Assembly: GCF_009914755.1 (NCBI RefSeq)
Contig: NC_060947.1
From: the human T2T-CHM13v2.0 reference genome, Homo sapiens
Length of the DNA stretch: 64,000 nucleotides
Reading direction: 5' to 3' (one strand)
Below the pieces are notes generated by a model. The model did not search any database and was not told the DNA's origin. It was given only the letters and a program-made list of their open reading frames with translations. The translations under genes and the position numbers were made by a program. This document shows positions 1 to 17,215 of the stretch, piece by piece; the first letter of the stretch is position 1; each line of letters opens with the position of its first letter.

Positions 1-1940
1 TTGCATAGTTTTGAAAATTCCTCCTGTTATTGATTCCTAGTTTCATTCCATTGTGGTCAGAGAAGATGCTTGACGTTATTTCAATTTTTTGAATGTTTTA
101 ACACTTGTTTTGTAATCTAACGTAGGGTCTTTCCTTGACAATAATACACGTGCTGAGGAGAAGAATGTGTATTCTGTAACCATTGAATGAAATCTGTGCA
201 TATGTATTAGGTTCATTTATTCTATGGTGCAGATTAAGCCTGATGATTCATTGTTGATTTTCTGTCTGGGAGATCTGTCTAGTGCTGGAAGTTGGGTGTT
301 GAAGTCTCCAGCTATGATTGTATTGGGGTCTATCTCTCTCTGTAGCTCTACTAATATTTGCTTTATATATCTGGGTTCTCCAGTGTTGGGTGCATATATA
401 TTTAAAATTGTTATCTCCTCTGGCTGAATTGACGTCTTTAACCTTATACAGTGACCTTCTTTGTCTCTTTTTATTTTTGTCTAGAAATCTATTTTGTGTC
501 ATGTAAGTATAGCTAGCCCTATTGTTTTTTGGTTTTCATTGGCGTGGAATATCTATTTCCATCCCTTTATATTCAGTCTATGTGTATTTTTATAGACAAT
601 GTGTGTTTCTTATAGGCAACAGATTTTTGGTTCTTATTTTTTAATCCATTCAGTCACTTTATGTCTTTTGATTAGAGAGTTTAGTGCATTCACATTCAAT
701 ACTATTATTAATAAGAACTTACTCCTGCCATTTTATTATTTGTTTTCCTGTCTTATCTTCCTTCTTTCCTTCCTTCCTGTCTTCCTTTCAGTGAAGGTTA
801 TTTTCTCTGGTAGTATGATTTAATTTTTTGCTTTTTATTTTTTTGTGTATTCATTATATATTTTCTGATTTGAGGTTACCATGAGGCTTGAAAATATTAT
901 CTTATAACCCAGTATTTTTAGCTGATTACAACATCACACTGCTTGCATAAACAAACAAACAAACAGACAGACATGCTAAAAGAAAACTAATAAAAGCTCT
1001 ATACCTTAACTTAATCCCCTGGGTTTTTTAACTTTTTGTTGTTTCTACTTATATCTTATTGTACTGTCTGTGTTTTGAACAGTTGTTATAGATATTATTT
1101 TTGATTGGTTCATTTTTAATCTTTCTACTTACGATAAGAGTAGTTTACATACCACAGTTACATTGTTATAATATTCCGCATTTTTCTTTATACTTACTGT
1201 TACCCGTGAATTCTGTACCATCAGATGATTTCTCATTGCTCATTAACCTCCTTTTCTTTCTGATTGAAATACTCCCTTTAGCATATATTGTAGGACAGGT
1301 GATAAAATCCCTCAGCTTTTGTCTGGGATATTCCTTTTTATTTGTTTGTTTTTGAGACAGGGTCTCGCTCTGTCACCCAGGCTGGAATACCGTGGCATGA
1401 TCTTGGCTCACTGCAACCTCTGCCTCCGGGGTTCAAGTGATGCTCATGTCTCAGCCTCCCAAGTAGCTGGGATTACAGACATGCACCACCACGCCCAGCT
1501 AATTTTTGTATTTTTAGTAGAGACAGCGTTTTCCCATGTTGACCAGGCTGGTCTCGAACTCCTGGCCTCAAATGATCTGCCTGCCTCAGCCTCCCAAAGT
1601 GCTGGGATTACAGGTGTGAGCCACCATGCCCGGCCCAGATATCCTTTATTATTGTTATCTTTCGTGTTTGAAGGATATTTTTACTGGATATACTATTGTG
1701 AGATAAAAGTTTTTCTCCTTCAGCACTTTAAATTTGCCATGCCACTCTCACCTTGCCTGTAAGGTTTCCACTGAAGAGTCTGCTGCCAGATGTATTGGAG
1801 CTTTATTGTATGTTATTTGTTTATTTTCTGTTGCTGGTTGTAGGATCCTTTCCTTGTCCTTGATCTTCAGGAGTTTCATTATTACATGCCTTGAGGTAGT
1901 CTTCAAATCTGCTTGGTGTTCTATAACCTTCTTTTACTTG
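1..1940 (-). mobile_element. Old LINE-1 (L1M1/L1MA-like), antisense; ORF2 endonuclease to ORF1 part, interrupted by an Alu
   Basis: Reverse complement resembles L1 EN coding sequence (301-420: gaagtctccagctatgattg ... gttgggtgcatatatattt). It runs off the window start. Confidence 0.8.
1335..1635 (-). mobile_element. Alu (AluS/J type), antisense
   Basis: Full dimer from tttgagacagggtctcgc to ccatgcccggcc. Imperfect TSD gatattccttttta / gatatcctttatta. Confidence 0.95.
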
Positions 1941-2560
1941 TGAAGTGATCTGATTGTCTGGGGTAACACCCAAAGTTCTAGGTCTCATGGCCATAAAGAT
2001 CAAGTATGTGTACACACAAAGGGTGAGGTTTAGAGCAGAAATTTAATAGGCAAAAGAAAGAGAATAGCTCTCTGATACAGAGAGGGGTCCTGGAAAAAAG
2101 GGCTGCCAATGTGCAGTGAAATGCAGGGGTTTTTATAGACGAGATACTGGGGAGGTGGTACCTGATCTACATAGGGCATGAAAAACCAGTTAGGACTAGG
2201 TGTGCCATCTGCACAGGGCAGAAATCTCTGGCAGTCCCCACCCCAATCTTTTATTATGCAGGCAGGTAGCCACTCCATATTGCTTATTTCTTTCTTACTG
2301 TGCATGTGCTTAAAGAGAGAGAAGGTGGAGCTCCCATAGTGGACATGCCTGGCCCCAGGTGGCCCTTTCTATCTGGGTAGCTGCAGGCATCTCTCCATGC
2401 AAGCTTCCAGCTTCCTTATCTACGTTTGCAGCCTGATCTTCCAGGCTGCTCTTTAGAAGAGAAGTGATTTCTTAGGCTGCTTTTTGTTAGAAGGGAAGTT
2501 TTGCTGAGGACTCTTTCGCCCTCACTATCTGCCTAAATTTTCTTTGGATCTCCTGAATCA
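1941..2560 (-). mobile_element. ERV1-class solo LTR (MER61-like)
   Basis: TG...CA termini. The minus strand starts tgattcaggagatcc...aatttaggcagatagtgagggcgaaagagtcctc, as I recall for MER61. Flanks are cttg / tttg. Confidence 0.65.
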
Positions 2561-3772
2561 TTTGGTCTCTACAATCAGCAGGGTTTGAAGCCAGCCAGGC
2601 TTTTATGCTTCTCTTCATGGTGACACATTCCCTGAAGCCCCAGATAGATATAGAGGTGTCACTTGTAAGCCAGGGACTGGCATCAAAAAACTAAAAAGTC
2701 TACCTGGTGTTCTATTATACTGAAGCTGAGTTGGCAAGCATACCTTGAGAAACAGCCATTCCCATGCTTCCCTTCCCTTTCCACAGGCAAAGGAACTTTA
2801 TCCTGTGGCCACCACCATCACAGGCCCATGGTGAGTACTGCCAGGCTACTGCTGACATTCACTTAAGGCCCAAGGGTTCTTCAGTCAGATTGTGGTGAAT
2901 GCTGCCAGGCCCAGGACTCACTCTTCAGGGCAGTGGGCTCCCCTCTGGCCCAGGGAAGCCCCAGAAATGCTGTCGAAAGCCAAGGCCTGGAATCAGGGTC
3001 CCTATGTGCCCACTTGATGCTCTACACCTCTGTGGCTCAGCTGGTACCTAAGGTGCAAGACAAAGTCCCCCTTATTTTTCTCTTTGCTTTTCTCAAGCCA
3101 AAAGTATCCCTCCCCATAGCCACCACAGCTGGTAATGTGCTGAGTCTTACATGAAACCAGGAAGTCTCAGAGTCTCACCCAAACCCCATGGCATACTACC
3201 TGGGTATTGCTGCAGGTTATTCAGGGCCCAAGGGCTCTTTATTCATGAGGTAGTGGGTCCTGCCTGGATTGGGTCCTTCCTTTCAAGGCAGCAGGTTCCC
3301 TTCTGGACCGGGGTGTGTCTAGAAATATGATCTGGGAGCTAGGGCCCAGAAAGGGGTCTCATGATTCTGACTGGTGCCCTATTCTACTGTGGCTGATCCA
3401 GTGTCCAAAATGCAAAGCAAAGTTCCCTTTACTCTTCCCTCTTCTCTCCTCAAGCAAAAGGAAGGGGTCTCTTTTGGAGCCACAAGCTTTGCAGCCTGGG
3501 GTTGGGGGAGGGGTACTGCAAGCACTCTCTTAGCCACCTCAGCTGGTGTCTCAGTAGGTTATGTGTCCCCAAAGTCCACCAGCTCTGAGTTCAGTTCAGC
3601 ACTTAGGACTTCCCTAGGAGTTGCAGGCCCTGTGGCCCAGATTGCCTTTTAAGTTTATTTAGCACCCAAGAGCACTTTAGCCAGTGGTGGTGAGGCTTGC
3701 CAGAACTCTAGTACCGACTGCTGGGATTGGCAATTTCCTTCTGGCTAGGGCTGGTTTAAACACTCCCTCTGT

Positions 3773-3773
<1 letters not shown>
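2561..3773 (-). mobile_element. L1M1-like 5' region, antisense (continuation of the host element)
   Basis: Characteristic repeated units (aaggcccaagggttcttcagtcag, ctggtacctaaggtgcaagacaaagtccc). It resumes after the L1PA insertion. Confidence 0.7.
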
Positions 3774-7449
<3,676 letters not shown>

Positions 7450-7820
7450 ACTCCCTCTGTGGGTGGGTGTCAGCTGAGTTCAGCCTGGTTTTACTTTCTG
7501 CTGTGGCAGGGCAGCACTGAGTTCAATGCAAAGTCTCATAATCACTGTGCTGTCCCTCTCCCAAGTACACAGATTCTCTCTCTGTGCCATGGGGCTGCTG
7601 CTGGAGGATGGGGAAAGGGTGGCGTTGGAGATTCAAGACTGTCTTTCCTACCCTCTCTAGTGCTTTTTTCAGTGATATGACGTTAAAACCAAGTACTATG
7701 AGTGACCACCTGGTTTTTGGTTCTTATAAAGGAACTTTTTTTGTGTGTAGTTCTTAAATTTGGGGCTCCTGCAGAAGAGACAATCAGTAGAGCCTTCTAA
7801 TTGGCCAGCTTGCTCTTGCC
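7450..7820 (-). mobile_element. L1M1-like extreme 5' end, antisense
   Basis: Continues the host sequence across the TSD (ctccctctgtgggtgggtgtcagctgagttcagcc). Confidence 0.65.
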
Positions 7821-8234
7821 CCTGCTGTGTGATTTTTGAGCAAATCATTTCACCTCTCCTAGTCAGTTTGCTCATCCACAAAATATATATATTGAATACC
7901 CACATTTCAGAGTCATTGGGAGTATTAAATAAGATGACAAAAGTAAAACTCTTAGCAAGTCTCTGGCAATAACCTTAATAATATATAGATAATAATGATA
8001 CACAACATTTATTGGGCATTTACCATCTGCTGAGATCTTTATATCCATATGTCATTTGAACACCAAAACAACACAGTGAGGTAGGTTTCTTTCTTATTCT
8101 TATTTTTATTTTTCAGATGCAGAAGCAGATTCAGAGTAAAAAACTGAAAAGCCCAATGTCAAACTTTACTATGGACTAGTTTGCTGTGAGTTGCTGTCTT
8201 CAAGCAAATAAAATGGATGTTACGAAGTATCCAC

Positions 8235-8810
8235 ATAATTGGAACTCTCATACATTGTTGGTGAAAATGTAAAACAGTACAAGCACTTTGAAAAATGATT
8301 TGTCAGTTTCTTGTAAAGTTAAGCATATACCTATACAACCCAGCTATTCTACTTCTATATATTTACCTAAGAGAAATGGAAACACATATCCACAAGATGA
8401 CTTGTATGCAAATGTTCATGGCAGCTTTAATTATAAGAAGAGAAAACCTGGAAACAATGCAAATGTCCATCAATAGGTAAACAGATAAACTGTAGCATAC
8501 CTACAAAATGGAGTACAACTTAGCAATGAAAAGGAATGAACTACTGATACATACAACAATGTGATGAAACTCAGATACATTATGGGGAGTGAAATAAGCT
8601 AGACAGAATAAGAATTATACAGTATAATTACATATATATAAAATTCTAGAAAGCAAACTAATATAGAAATGCAAATTGATCTATAGTGATAGAAAGCAGA
8701 TCAATGAGTGCCTGGAACTGGGGATGGAAGGAGAAATGGACTGCAAAGGGGTACCGTAAGGAATCTTTGGGTGGGGAGGTGGAAATATTCTATATCTTCA
8801 TTATTGCGGT
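8235..8810 (+). mobile_element. Ancient L1 (L1MB-L1ME) 3' end
   Basis: ggaactctcatacattgttggtgaaaatgtaaaa; aatgtccatcaataggtaaac; gtgatagaaagcagatcaatg. Confidence 0.75.
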
Positions 8811-8818
8811 GGCTTCCC

Positions 8819-8885
<67 letters not shown>
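8819..8885. repeat. (AT)n(GT)n microsatellite
   Basis: A short AT run followed by about 27 GT units. Confidence 0.98.
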
Positions 8886-8886
<1 letters not shown>

Positions 8887-10039
8887 ATGTAATAAAATGT
8901 ATGGAAATATACGCTTTAAATGAATGCAGTTTTTTGTATATAAATAATAAATAAAACTTTTTTATATAAAAAAAGGGTTTCTCGGGGCCCAGCATTGACT
9001 TTGAATCTCACTCCACGATAATGGTAAAATTGTGGCAGGGCCATTGGTGCTATAATGCAGGATGAAATTGACAGTTTTACTGGGGTTAAGGAGGAAAGTA
9101 TTTTTGCGTTATGTAATTTATTTTCAGACACCTGCTGCAAAGAAGTCCCCAGCTTCTTATGGGAGAAAAAGGCTTATCTATTGAAGGAAACAAGAAAATA
9201 AAAGAGGTATTCTCTGTGATGTAACCCATGGTTCTGTCAAGTAGTGTCCAGTGTTTGCATTTTATACATTTTGCTGTGCATGTGGGAAGATTAGAACTGA
9301 TTACAAGTGTCTTCCAGCCCATGTGTGTCCTTTGCCCTCTGATAATACTTATGCACATGCCACACATTTTTATTTTCCAAGGGTAAGCAAAATGCTAGAA
9401 TTCTTTCTCATAGGAAATTCAAATTAGCTCATAAATATTGCATTATGGATTAGGTACTTTACCTCTAAATAACTTGTGCCTTTTTATGGCTTATTTTGAA
9501 GAAAGAGATGAACTGTGATGCTGAATTCCATACAAGATAGGCATAAGGTACTTGTGCTTCAGATGCTGTAAAAAGGCAGTTGGAATAATGCTTTCCTTCC
9601 CTTCAAATCCTGTCTAGAACAACTACCATATGGCAGTCATTGCAGTTTTGTCTTGAACATTTTGAGAAGAAGGGTTAGATCCACAAAAGATGAAAAAAAT
9701 GACAAGTATAGAGGAGCTATTAAGTGCCAAGCATTACATCATTTGCTTTACAAAAGTTATTTTATTAAAGAGTCCCAATAACACTGTAAGGTCTTTAGTA
9801 TTGGCCTCATTCTATGGATAAAGAAACTGTGGCTTGGAAGGGTTAAGGGACTTATCAAGAGCCCCTGAGGCATTTATTGATTTGGCAGAAGTTGAGAGGT
9901 TGAGAAACTGCACAGAGGATTTAGAAATCTAATGGATTGAGGGGACAAGAGCTAAAGTTCAGGGCCCCCTAAGGAGGAGGAGCCCCCTTATAAATACACA
10001 TGTGTTTTAGTTGGAACCCTGTTTAAAAATAACCTTAAC

Positions 10040-10505
10040 TTTTATTTTAGATTCGGGGGTACATGTACAGGTTTGTTATGTTGTATGATGCTGAGGTTTG
10101 GGTATGATTGATCCCATTACCCAGATAGTGAGCATAGTACCCAACAGTTAGTTTTTCAACACTTGCCCTCCTCCCTCCCTCCACCTTGTAATAGTTCGCA
10201 GTGTCTATTATTGCCATCTTTATGTCTATGAGTACCCAATGTTTAGCTCCCACTTATAAGTGAGAACGTGTGATATTGGGTTTTCTGTTCCTACATTAAT
10301 TCACTTAGGAAAAGGGTCTCCAGCTGCATCCATGTTGCTGCAAAAGACATGATCTCATTCCTTTTTGTGGCTGCGTAGTATTACGTGGTGTATACATACC
10401 ACATTTTATTTATCCAATCCACCACTGAAGGACACCTAAGTTGATTCCATGTCTTTGCTAATGTGAATAGTGCTACAATGAACATATGAGTGCTTGTGTC
10501 ATTTA
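10040..10505 (-). mobile_element. L1PA16-like 3' end, antisense
   Basis: ttttattttagattcgggggtacatgtacagg ... gtttagctcccacttataagtgagaac. Confidence 0.85.
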
Positions 10506-10519
10506 GAACGCTTGAAGGA

Positions 10520-10990
10520 CTACACCTTAGGTAAAAGAGTGAACTCATAATAGACCAGCTCTCATAATGATTGAAGCTAAGTTTCAAATCAGCTCAATCC
10601 TAGACAAAAGTACAACAATGTTCCCCTACCCTAACTTCTTGCCAGAAGCAAAAGTAGATCACTCTGGAGGAAGATAACGCCATTCAAAGACTCAACTTCC
10701 AACAACTTCCAAACACAATGTCTAATATTCAGTTAATAAAACTGAAACCAAACATGAAAAAGGACAATAATTTATTTAAAAGGAAAAAGAAAAAAACAGG
10801 AGTTAGTAACAGATCTTCTGGAGATCCAGATATTGAGTTATTAATCATATACTTTAAAATAACTTTAATTAATATGTTTAATAAATTATATGACAAGAGG
10901 AGGAATCTCAGTAGAAATCTGGAAGCTGTGAGAATCAATTGGAAATTCTAAAATTGAAAAACACTGAAGTTAAGAGCTCAAGAAATGGGA
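10520..10990 (+). mobile_element. Ancient L1M 5'/ORF1 remnant
   Basis: A-rich sequence with gatccagatattgagtta...actttaaaataact and gaagttaagagctcaagaaatggg. Confidence 0.5.
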
Positions 10991-13900
10991 TTTATATTAC
11001 TGCTTTAGAATTTGTTAAATTTTATATATTTCTTCCAGCTCTCAAATGCTAATGCATGCAGAGGTTAAAATAACTTTTATTGTTTTAGTTCATCCAAAAT
11101 AATCCAATTTTATAGTGAAGCTTCTGAATGTTAATTTTTCATATTTTGAGCATTGGAACTAATTGCATTAATGCAACTATACTTGAATGGGAAAATAAAA
11201 TGTGTAATCATAAACACATTTAAAAATAACTATTTTCTTTATCAAGGCTTCAGAGGTTTGTCTTCTCTGTCTGGTATTTTGCTGTTGGTTTCAGCACAGA
11301 AATGTGAATTACTTCACACAATGCCACTGCAAGGATAACTCCTCATGATTTCTGGATTCATTTCATTATCTTGCTAACAACACTAACTGATAAGGAAGGC
11401 AACTGTGAGCTCCAAACCTTGAAATCAGCTTTTAAAAAAAATTTAGCTTTACAAACCTTGGAGAAGTGCAGTTTTCCACGATTACCTTTTAAATCCATTC
11501 AATGATTCTATTAATCTCTTTCCTAATTTAAAAACTAGAACCCATGAATGATTTTTAAATCAAAGTTATGTCCAATTCCTAGAATCTTTATGTTCAGAGC
11601 TAGCTTTATCTACTAAACCAGTCTTGTAGACATAATCTCAAAATCATACCATCCTCTCCACTTTTCCCCCAATATAATGGCTCTAGTTTACAGATTCTAA
11701 TGTCAACTAGCTGAATCAGGTGATGGCAATTGATGCACTCTATTAGAGGCTCATAATCTGATTGAAGATTATATTTGAGGAACATCATATTATTTAGTCT
11801 TCAAAACAAACCTGATGATTAAGAATTCTTGTCTCCATTTTAAGGATGGGTAAACAGGGGGGTTTCATATATTTTTATCCTTCCTATGGACACCTAGCTA
11901 ATAAGAGACAACCCTGGAATTCAAATCTGGCTGGGAATAGAGAAATCCTACCCTAGTGCTGGAATACCAATTTCTACTCCACTGTCAGATAATCACTAGA
12001 AATACATTTTTGCTGCTAGGATCTATATTTTTGAGAGAACTTTAGATTCCCTTTTATAATGGTGAGTGATTAAATGGCAGTGAAGAATACAGTTCTGTAG
12101 ACCATGTTTTCATTTTGAAAACCATTTTTGGTCTAGAAATCCAATTCGAATGATGTGTTGCTTTTCTAATGGTTTATGATAAATGTTGGGAAATCCTGTG
12201 GTCCAGAGCTGGGCAAGTTGCATTGCCTTGGGTGTATGCATCAGGGGCCTAGTGGTCTGACAGAGGACAAGTACCAGTTAGCTAAAGAATAAATCCAATC
12301 TGTGCCCTCAAGGAGACTGAAACCTAGTAGAGGGAATGTGATTTTCCAAATACATATACAAAACCACAGAAACACAGACATAAACATGTAACCTAGAATC
12401 ATTTTAAAGACCAGTTTATATTTTTACCTTGGGGAATAATGGAGTTCTTGAGGCATAATATGGGGGTATAATATGCATGAAGTTTTCTAAGTCTTAAAGT
12501 CACAAGGGGATTTTGTTAGCCACCTACTCACACCCAGCATAATTAGATCAAGAAATGTCCCAGGAAGTAATAATAACGATGTTGTTGTTCCTACAGAGAA
12601 ATTATTGGGATGTCTGAAGATCATACTCTACTCACAAGGCCAAGCCATTTGCTGCTTACGGTCAACTCAGCTTTCTTCCTGAACAGGACCATTGCTGAAA
12701 GCTTCCTCAACATTGAACTATGTGCTCTTTAATTTCCTCAAAAGAAGAGGCTGCAAAAATGCAAGCATGACTCAAACTTGGAGAGTCTTTAAAAAAGAAC
12801 ATGGCAATAAAAAAAATACTTTGGCAATATTTTTCAGGGTCAATGGCATGGAGTGCACCTTGATGTAAGATGTCCTATAAGAAACAGCAGTGGAGGAGAT
12901 ACGTGGGACTTGTTAAAAGTGTATAAGAGGACACCCTTACAGAATCAGTGTCCCAGTATATCTAGGAGGGGGATTGGATGTAATAAATACCTTTATTATT
13001 TTGGTCTCAGATTTTTCAGCAGCTGAGGCTAAGGGGAGAGGACATAAACAGACTTCTCAAGAAATGGATAGAATTGTTCAGAGAAAAAAAAACCTTCTGG
13101 ACAAGGTGGGCCTTCAAATATAACATGGTGGATGCCAAAAAGAAAGATGCTTGCTTCATACACTGATATCCCATGCAAAAGTTCAGAGAAAGGGGAGAAC
13201 TAGAGGGCAGGACCAGGAAGAAAGAAGACTTCATTGCAGCAAAGAGCAGCCAGCTGATGAGGCCATTCCATAGGGCAGGCTGGATACAACTATTTGGTGT
13301 TTGCACTCATTCAGAGAGCCTCAAAGAATTATTGGCAGTTTTAAGGCATAAATAATGATAGGTAAGAATATATTGGAGATATATGATAGACAAGGAGATC
13401 CTTCTCAGATAATGCTATATCTTGGCTATTAAATTCCAATTAGCCACAAGTTTGGAGCTAGAATCTTCAGGTTCAGAATTAGTTTTATCTATCAAGCTAG
13501 TCTTGCCAACATAACCTTATCATCCTTTCCTTTTCTCAAGTATAATATTTCTAGTACAGTTGCTAATGTAAGGAAAATATGTTTTAAATTTTAATTAAAC
13601 AGGAAAAATTATAAAACATCTACTTTTGCCCATTACAAAGTAACTGGACCTTGACTTACTTTCATATCAACAACAAATAAACATTGGAAAAATAGATGCA
13701 GCAACTATTTTTAGGCAATGAACAACAGACAGTGCAGTATTGTGATCCTTGCAAAAAGAAAAATTCACAAAATGAACTCCACAGTTATCCACCTTTTTGC
13801 CTGTGAATACTATCTTGCCTCACACTGGAAGATGGAGCACGAGCAGAAGCAGAAATTGGAGTTCTGGGCTGCTGAAGATACTGGAATTTGTGAGATGATA

Positions 13901-15531
13901 GAACATAGAGCTGAGAAGAAGGGTGGCAGTAGAAGTTTGCATGGTCCTTGGCTAAGAGCTGGGCTCCACACAGGGAGGGCTTGACTTTGCTAGGCTTATC
14001 AGAAATTGTGGAGTTGCTTATAAAGGAAAAATACCAGAGGTCATGAACTGCTGGAAGATGTTGGTATTCTGGCCTAGCCAGAGAGAAGAGATCCCACTGA
14101 GCATCTCAGGCATTCAGATCAGACCTCATAATGCAAACACCTTAGAAATAAGGACCATGTCCTAGAATAAGGGACCGAAAGTTTAAAAGAGCCATCCTAA
14201 CAGGATAAAACTAAAGCCAACAGGACCTAACATTTTCACCAATAATTAAAGCGTTTCCAGAACAAAATTCAATACATAATCTAGACTGTATACAATTTAT
14301 TAGTTACTCTATTCAGCATATAAAAAGGCAGAAAAAAGGAAAAAACTATGTTCCATAATCAGGGAAAGTGGGAGTCAATAGAGACATACCATGAGAGGAT
14401 ACAGCTGCAGGAATTATCAGACAAGGAATTTAAAGCAGCTGTTATAAACATGTTCAACAAGTCACAGGAAAGATAGCCATAATGAGTAGACAGATGGGGA
14501 ATATCAGCAGAGGAATGAACATTATAAAGAAGGAACATTATCAGCAGAGGAATGAACCAAACAGATATTTTATAATTCAAAAATATAAGATCAGACACGA
14601 AAAAAAAAAATCAATGAATGGGATTGACAGCAAAATAGAGAGTGCAGAAGAAAGGATTGTTGAAGCCAGATCAATAGAAATTCCCTGCTTGAAAGAAAGA
14701 GGAAAAAAACCTCCACTGAGCTTCAGTGACATGTGGAACAATATCAAGTAATTTAACATGCTTAGAATTGGAGACAGAAGAAATAATAGAGCAGAGAAAA
14801 TAATTTCAAGAAATGATGGCTAAAATTTTCCCAAATTTGTTGAAAAAAATTACTTTTCTGATTTAAGGATCTCAGTGAAATCCAAACAGGATAAAAACAA
14901 AGATACCTATACCTGTGCACATAATAATCAAACTGAAACTGCTGACTTCTTATCAGAAACAATGGAGGCCATAATTCAATGCAATGGCATCTTTAAAGTG
15001 ATGAAAGAAAAACATAGAACAAAACAGAATTCTATATCCAGGGAAAATATCCTTCAAAAAAGAGAATTAAAAACCAGACATTTTCAGCTAAGAGAAAGTT
15101 GGGAGAATTTGTCCCCAGCAGTTTTACACTAAAAGAAATGCTAAAGGGAGTTACTTAAGCTGGAGTAAAATGACACTGGATGGAAACTCAGGTTTACAAG
15201 ATGACTTACCAAAAATAGTAAACAAGTGTTGGCAATTACACCTCAGTAAAGCTGAAGAAAAAAAGTTCATGTCTTTCTTACTCTGAATCTCTAAAAAAAA
15301 AAAAATAGACTATTGAAGGCAAAATAACAAACATGTATTGTGGTTTTTATTATATTTATATAAATGTAAAATACATAACATCACAAAGGATAGGGGAGAT
15401 GAAATTTTGCATTATAAAGTTCTTATATTTTACATCAAGACTTAAACTATTAATTTGAGTATATTGTGATCAGTTAAGTGAAATCCAAACAAGATAAAAA
15501 GATACCTACACCTGTGCACATAATAATCAAA

Positions 15532-15735
15532 GGGTGATTTTCCTTCCAATGGGACTTTTGACAATTTCTGGAGATACGTATTTCGTTGTCAAAATTGGAG
15601 GGAAATACTACTGGCATATAGTAAGTAGAAGCCAGGGATGTTGTTAAATATTCTGCAATGCACAAGACAGCCCCCACAACAAATAATTATCCAGCCAGAA
15701 ATGTCACTAGTGCTGAGAGTGAGAAAACCAGCTCT
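15532..15735 (+). mobile_element. MER20 (hAT-Charlie non-autonomous DNA transposon), left end missing
   Basis: actggcatatagtaagtagaagccagggatg...gcacaagacagcccccacaacaaataattatccagcc...gtgagaaaacc. Confidence 0.85.
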
Positions 15736-16808
15736 AAAACAAGCATTAAAAAAAAATGCAAAGAGGTATTTTACAGGAATTAAGATGGAATGACAAAACA
15801 TATTTGATTAATCTAAAAGAAGTCAGAAACAAAGGAACAGAGAAACAAAAAACAGGAGAATTACAAAATAAGATGGTAGGCTTAAACCAAATCTTACCAA
15901 TATTTACATTAAATGTAAAATAATTCAACACTCCAAGAAAAAGGTAGAGGATGACAGACTGTGTAAAAAAGTAAGACCCAACTATAGGCACTCTAAAGAG
16001 ATGCAGTTTATATACAAACATAGGTTAAAAGTAAAAGGATGGGAAGAGATACATCATACATACACAAAGTAAACATCAAAAAGCTTATGTGGCTATATCA
16101 ATACAAGAAGAGCAAACATCAAAACAAGCAGTGTTAGCAGAAATAAAGAGGGTCGCTTCAGACTGAAATCTCAGGACACACACTCTTAAGTAACAGAGCT
16201 TTAAAATGCTTGAAGTTAGAACTGCAGAATAAAGAGAAAAAGAGACAAATTCACAATTACATGTGGAGAATTTTATATTCCTTTTTCACAAATTAACAGA
16301 ACAAGTAGACCCCCTAAATCAGTAGGAATACAGGAGCTTTGAACAGAACTGTCAATTAACTTGACGTAACTGATATATATAGAAGACTATACCCCCAAAC
16401 TGCAGAATACATATTCTTTTCAAGTGTCTGAAATAGTCACCAAAATAGACCATATGCCAGGCCATAAAAGGAGTCTTTATTTGAGAAGACCAGAATCCTT
16501 CACTGCATGTTCTTTGATCAAAACAGAAATAAATTATACACCAATAATAGCTGAAAAAAATCCCCACACATTAGGAAATTAAACAACACACATCTACATA
16601 TACTATGGATCAAAAAAGAAATCCAAAGGGAAATTAGCACATATTTAAAACTGAATAAAAATTAAAATACATTATACCAAATTATGTGAGACCCAATCAA
16701 AAGCTGTGTTTAGTGGAAAATGTACAGTTTTAAATATTTGTATTTGAAATGAGAAAGGTTTAAAAGCAAAGATCAAAATTTCCTCTTCAAGAAGCTAAAG
16801 TCAAGTCT

Positions 16809-16955
16809 AGGTTCAGTGACTCACACCTGTAATCCCAGCACTGTGGGAGGCCAAGGTGGGAGGATTGCTGGAGGCTGAAGTGGAAGGCTTGCTTGAGCCC
16901 AGGAGCTCAAGACCAGCCTGGCCAACACAGGGAGACTCCATCTCTACAAAAAAGA
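16809..16955 (+). mobile_element. Alu left monomer (FLAM-like) with a small internal duplication
   Basis: cacacctgtaatcccagcac...cttgagcccaggagctcaagaccagcctgg...catctctacaaaaa. No right arm. Confidence 0.85.
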
Positions 16956-17215
16956 GTTAAGCAAGAAATTAAGGTCGTAATAAACAGAGGGAAGGAATAA
17001 AATGAGAAAGATAAGAAAAAAATCTATGAAATACAACACAGGCAAATAATAGAAAAATTAACAAAGGCAAAATTTGATTATTTCAGTAAATAACAAAATC
17101 ATAACATTCTAGGAGGATGATCAAGAAAAAAGAGGAAAAACAAATTGTTAATATCACAAATAAAAAAGTACATCACTAAAAATAATAAGGACATTAAGGG
17201 GATACTAAGGTAATA

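Noticed and set aside
1319-1762. 147-aa ORF
   Set aside because: It is a translation of the antisense Alu (LSPRLE..., [15 protein letters not shown]).
12020-12061. Possible exon ending ATG|gtgagt
   Set aside because: The acceptor is weak, all frames contain stops, and there is no other support.
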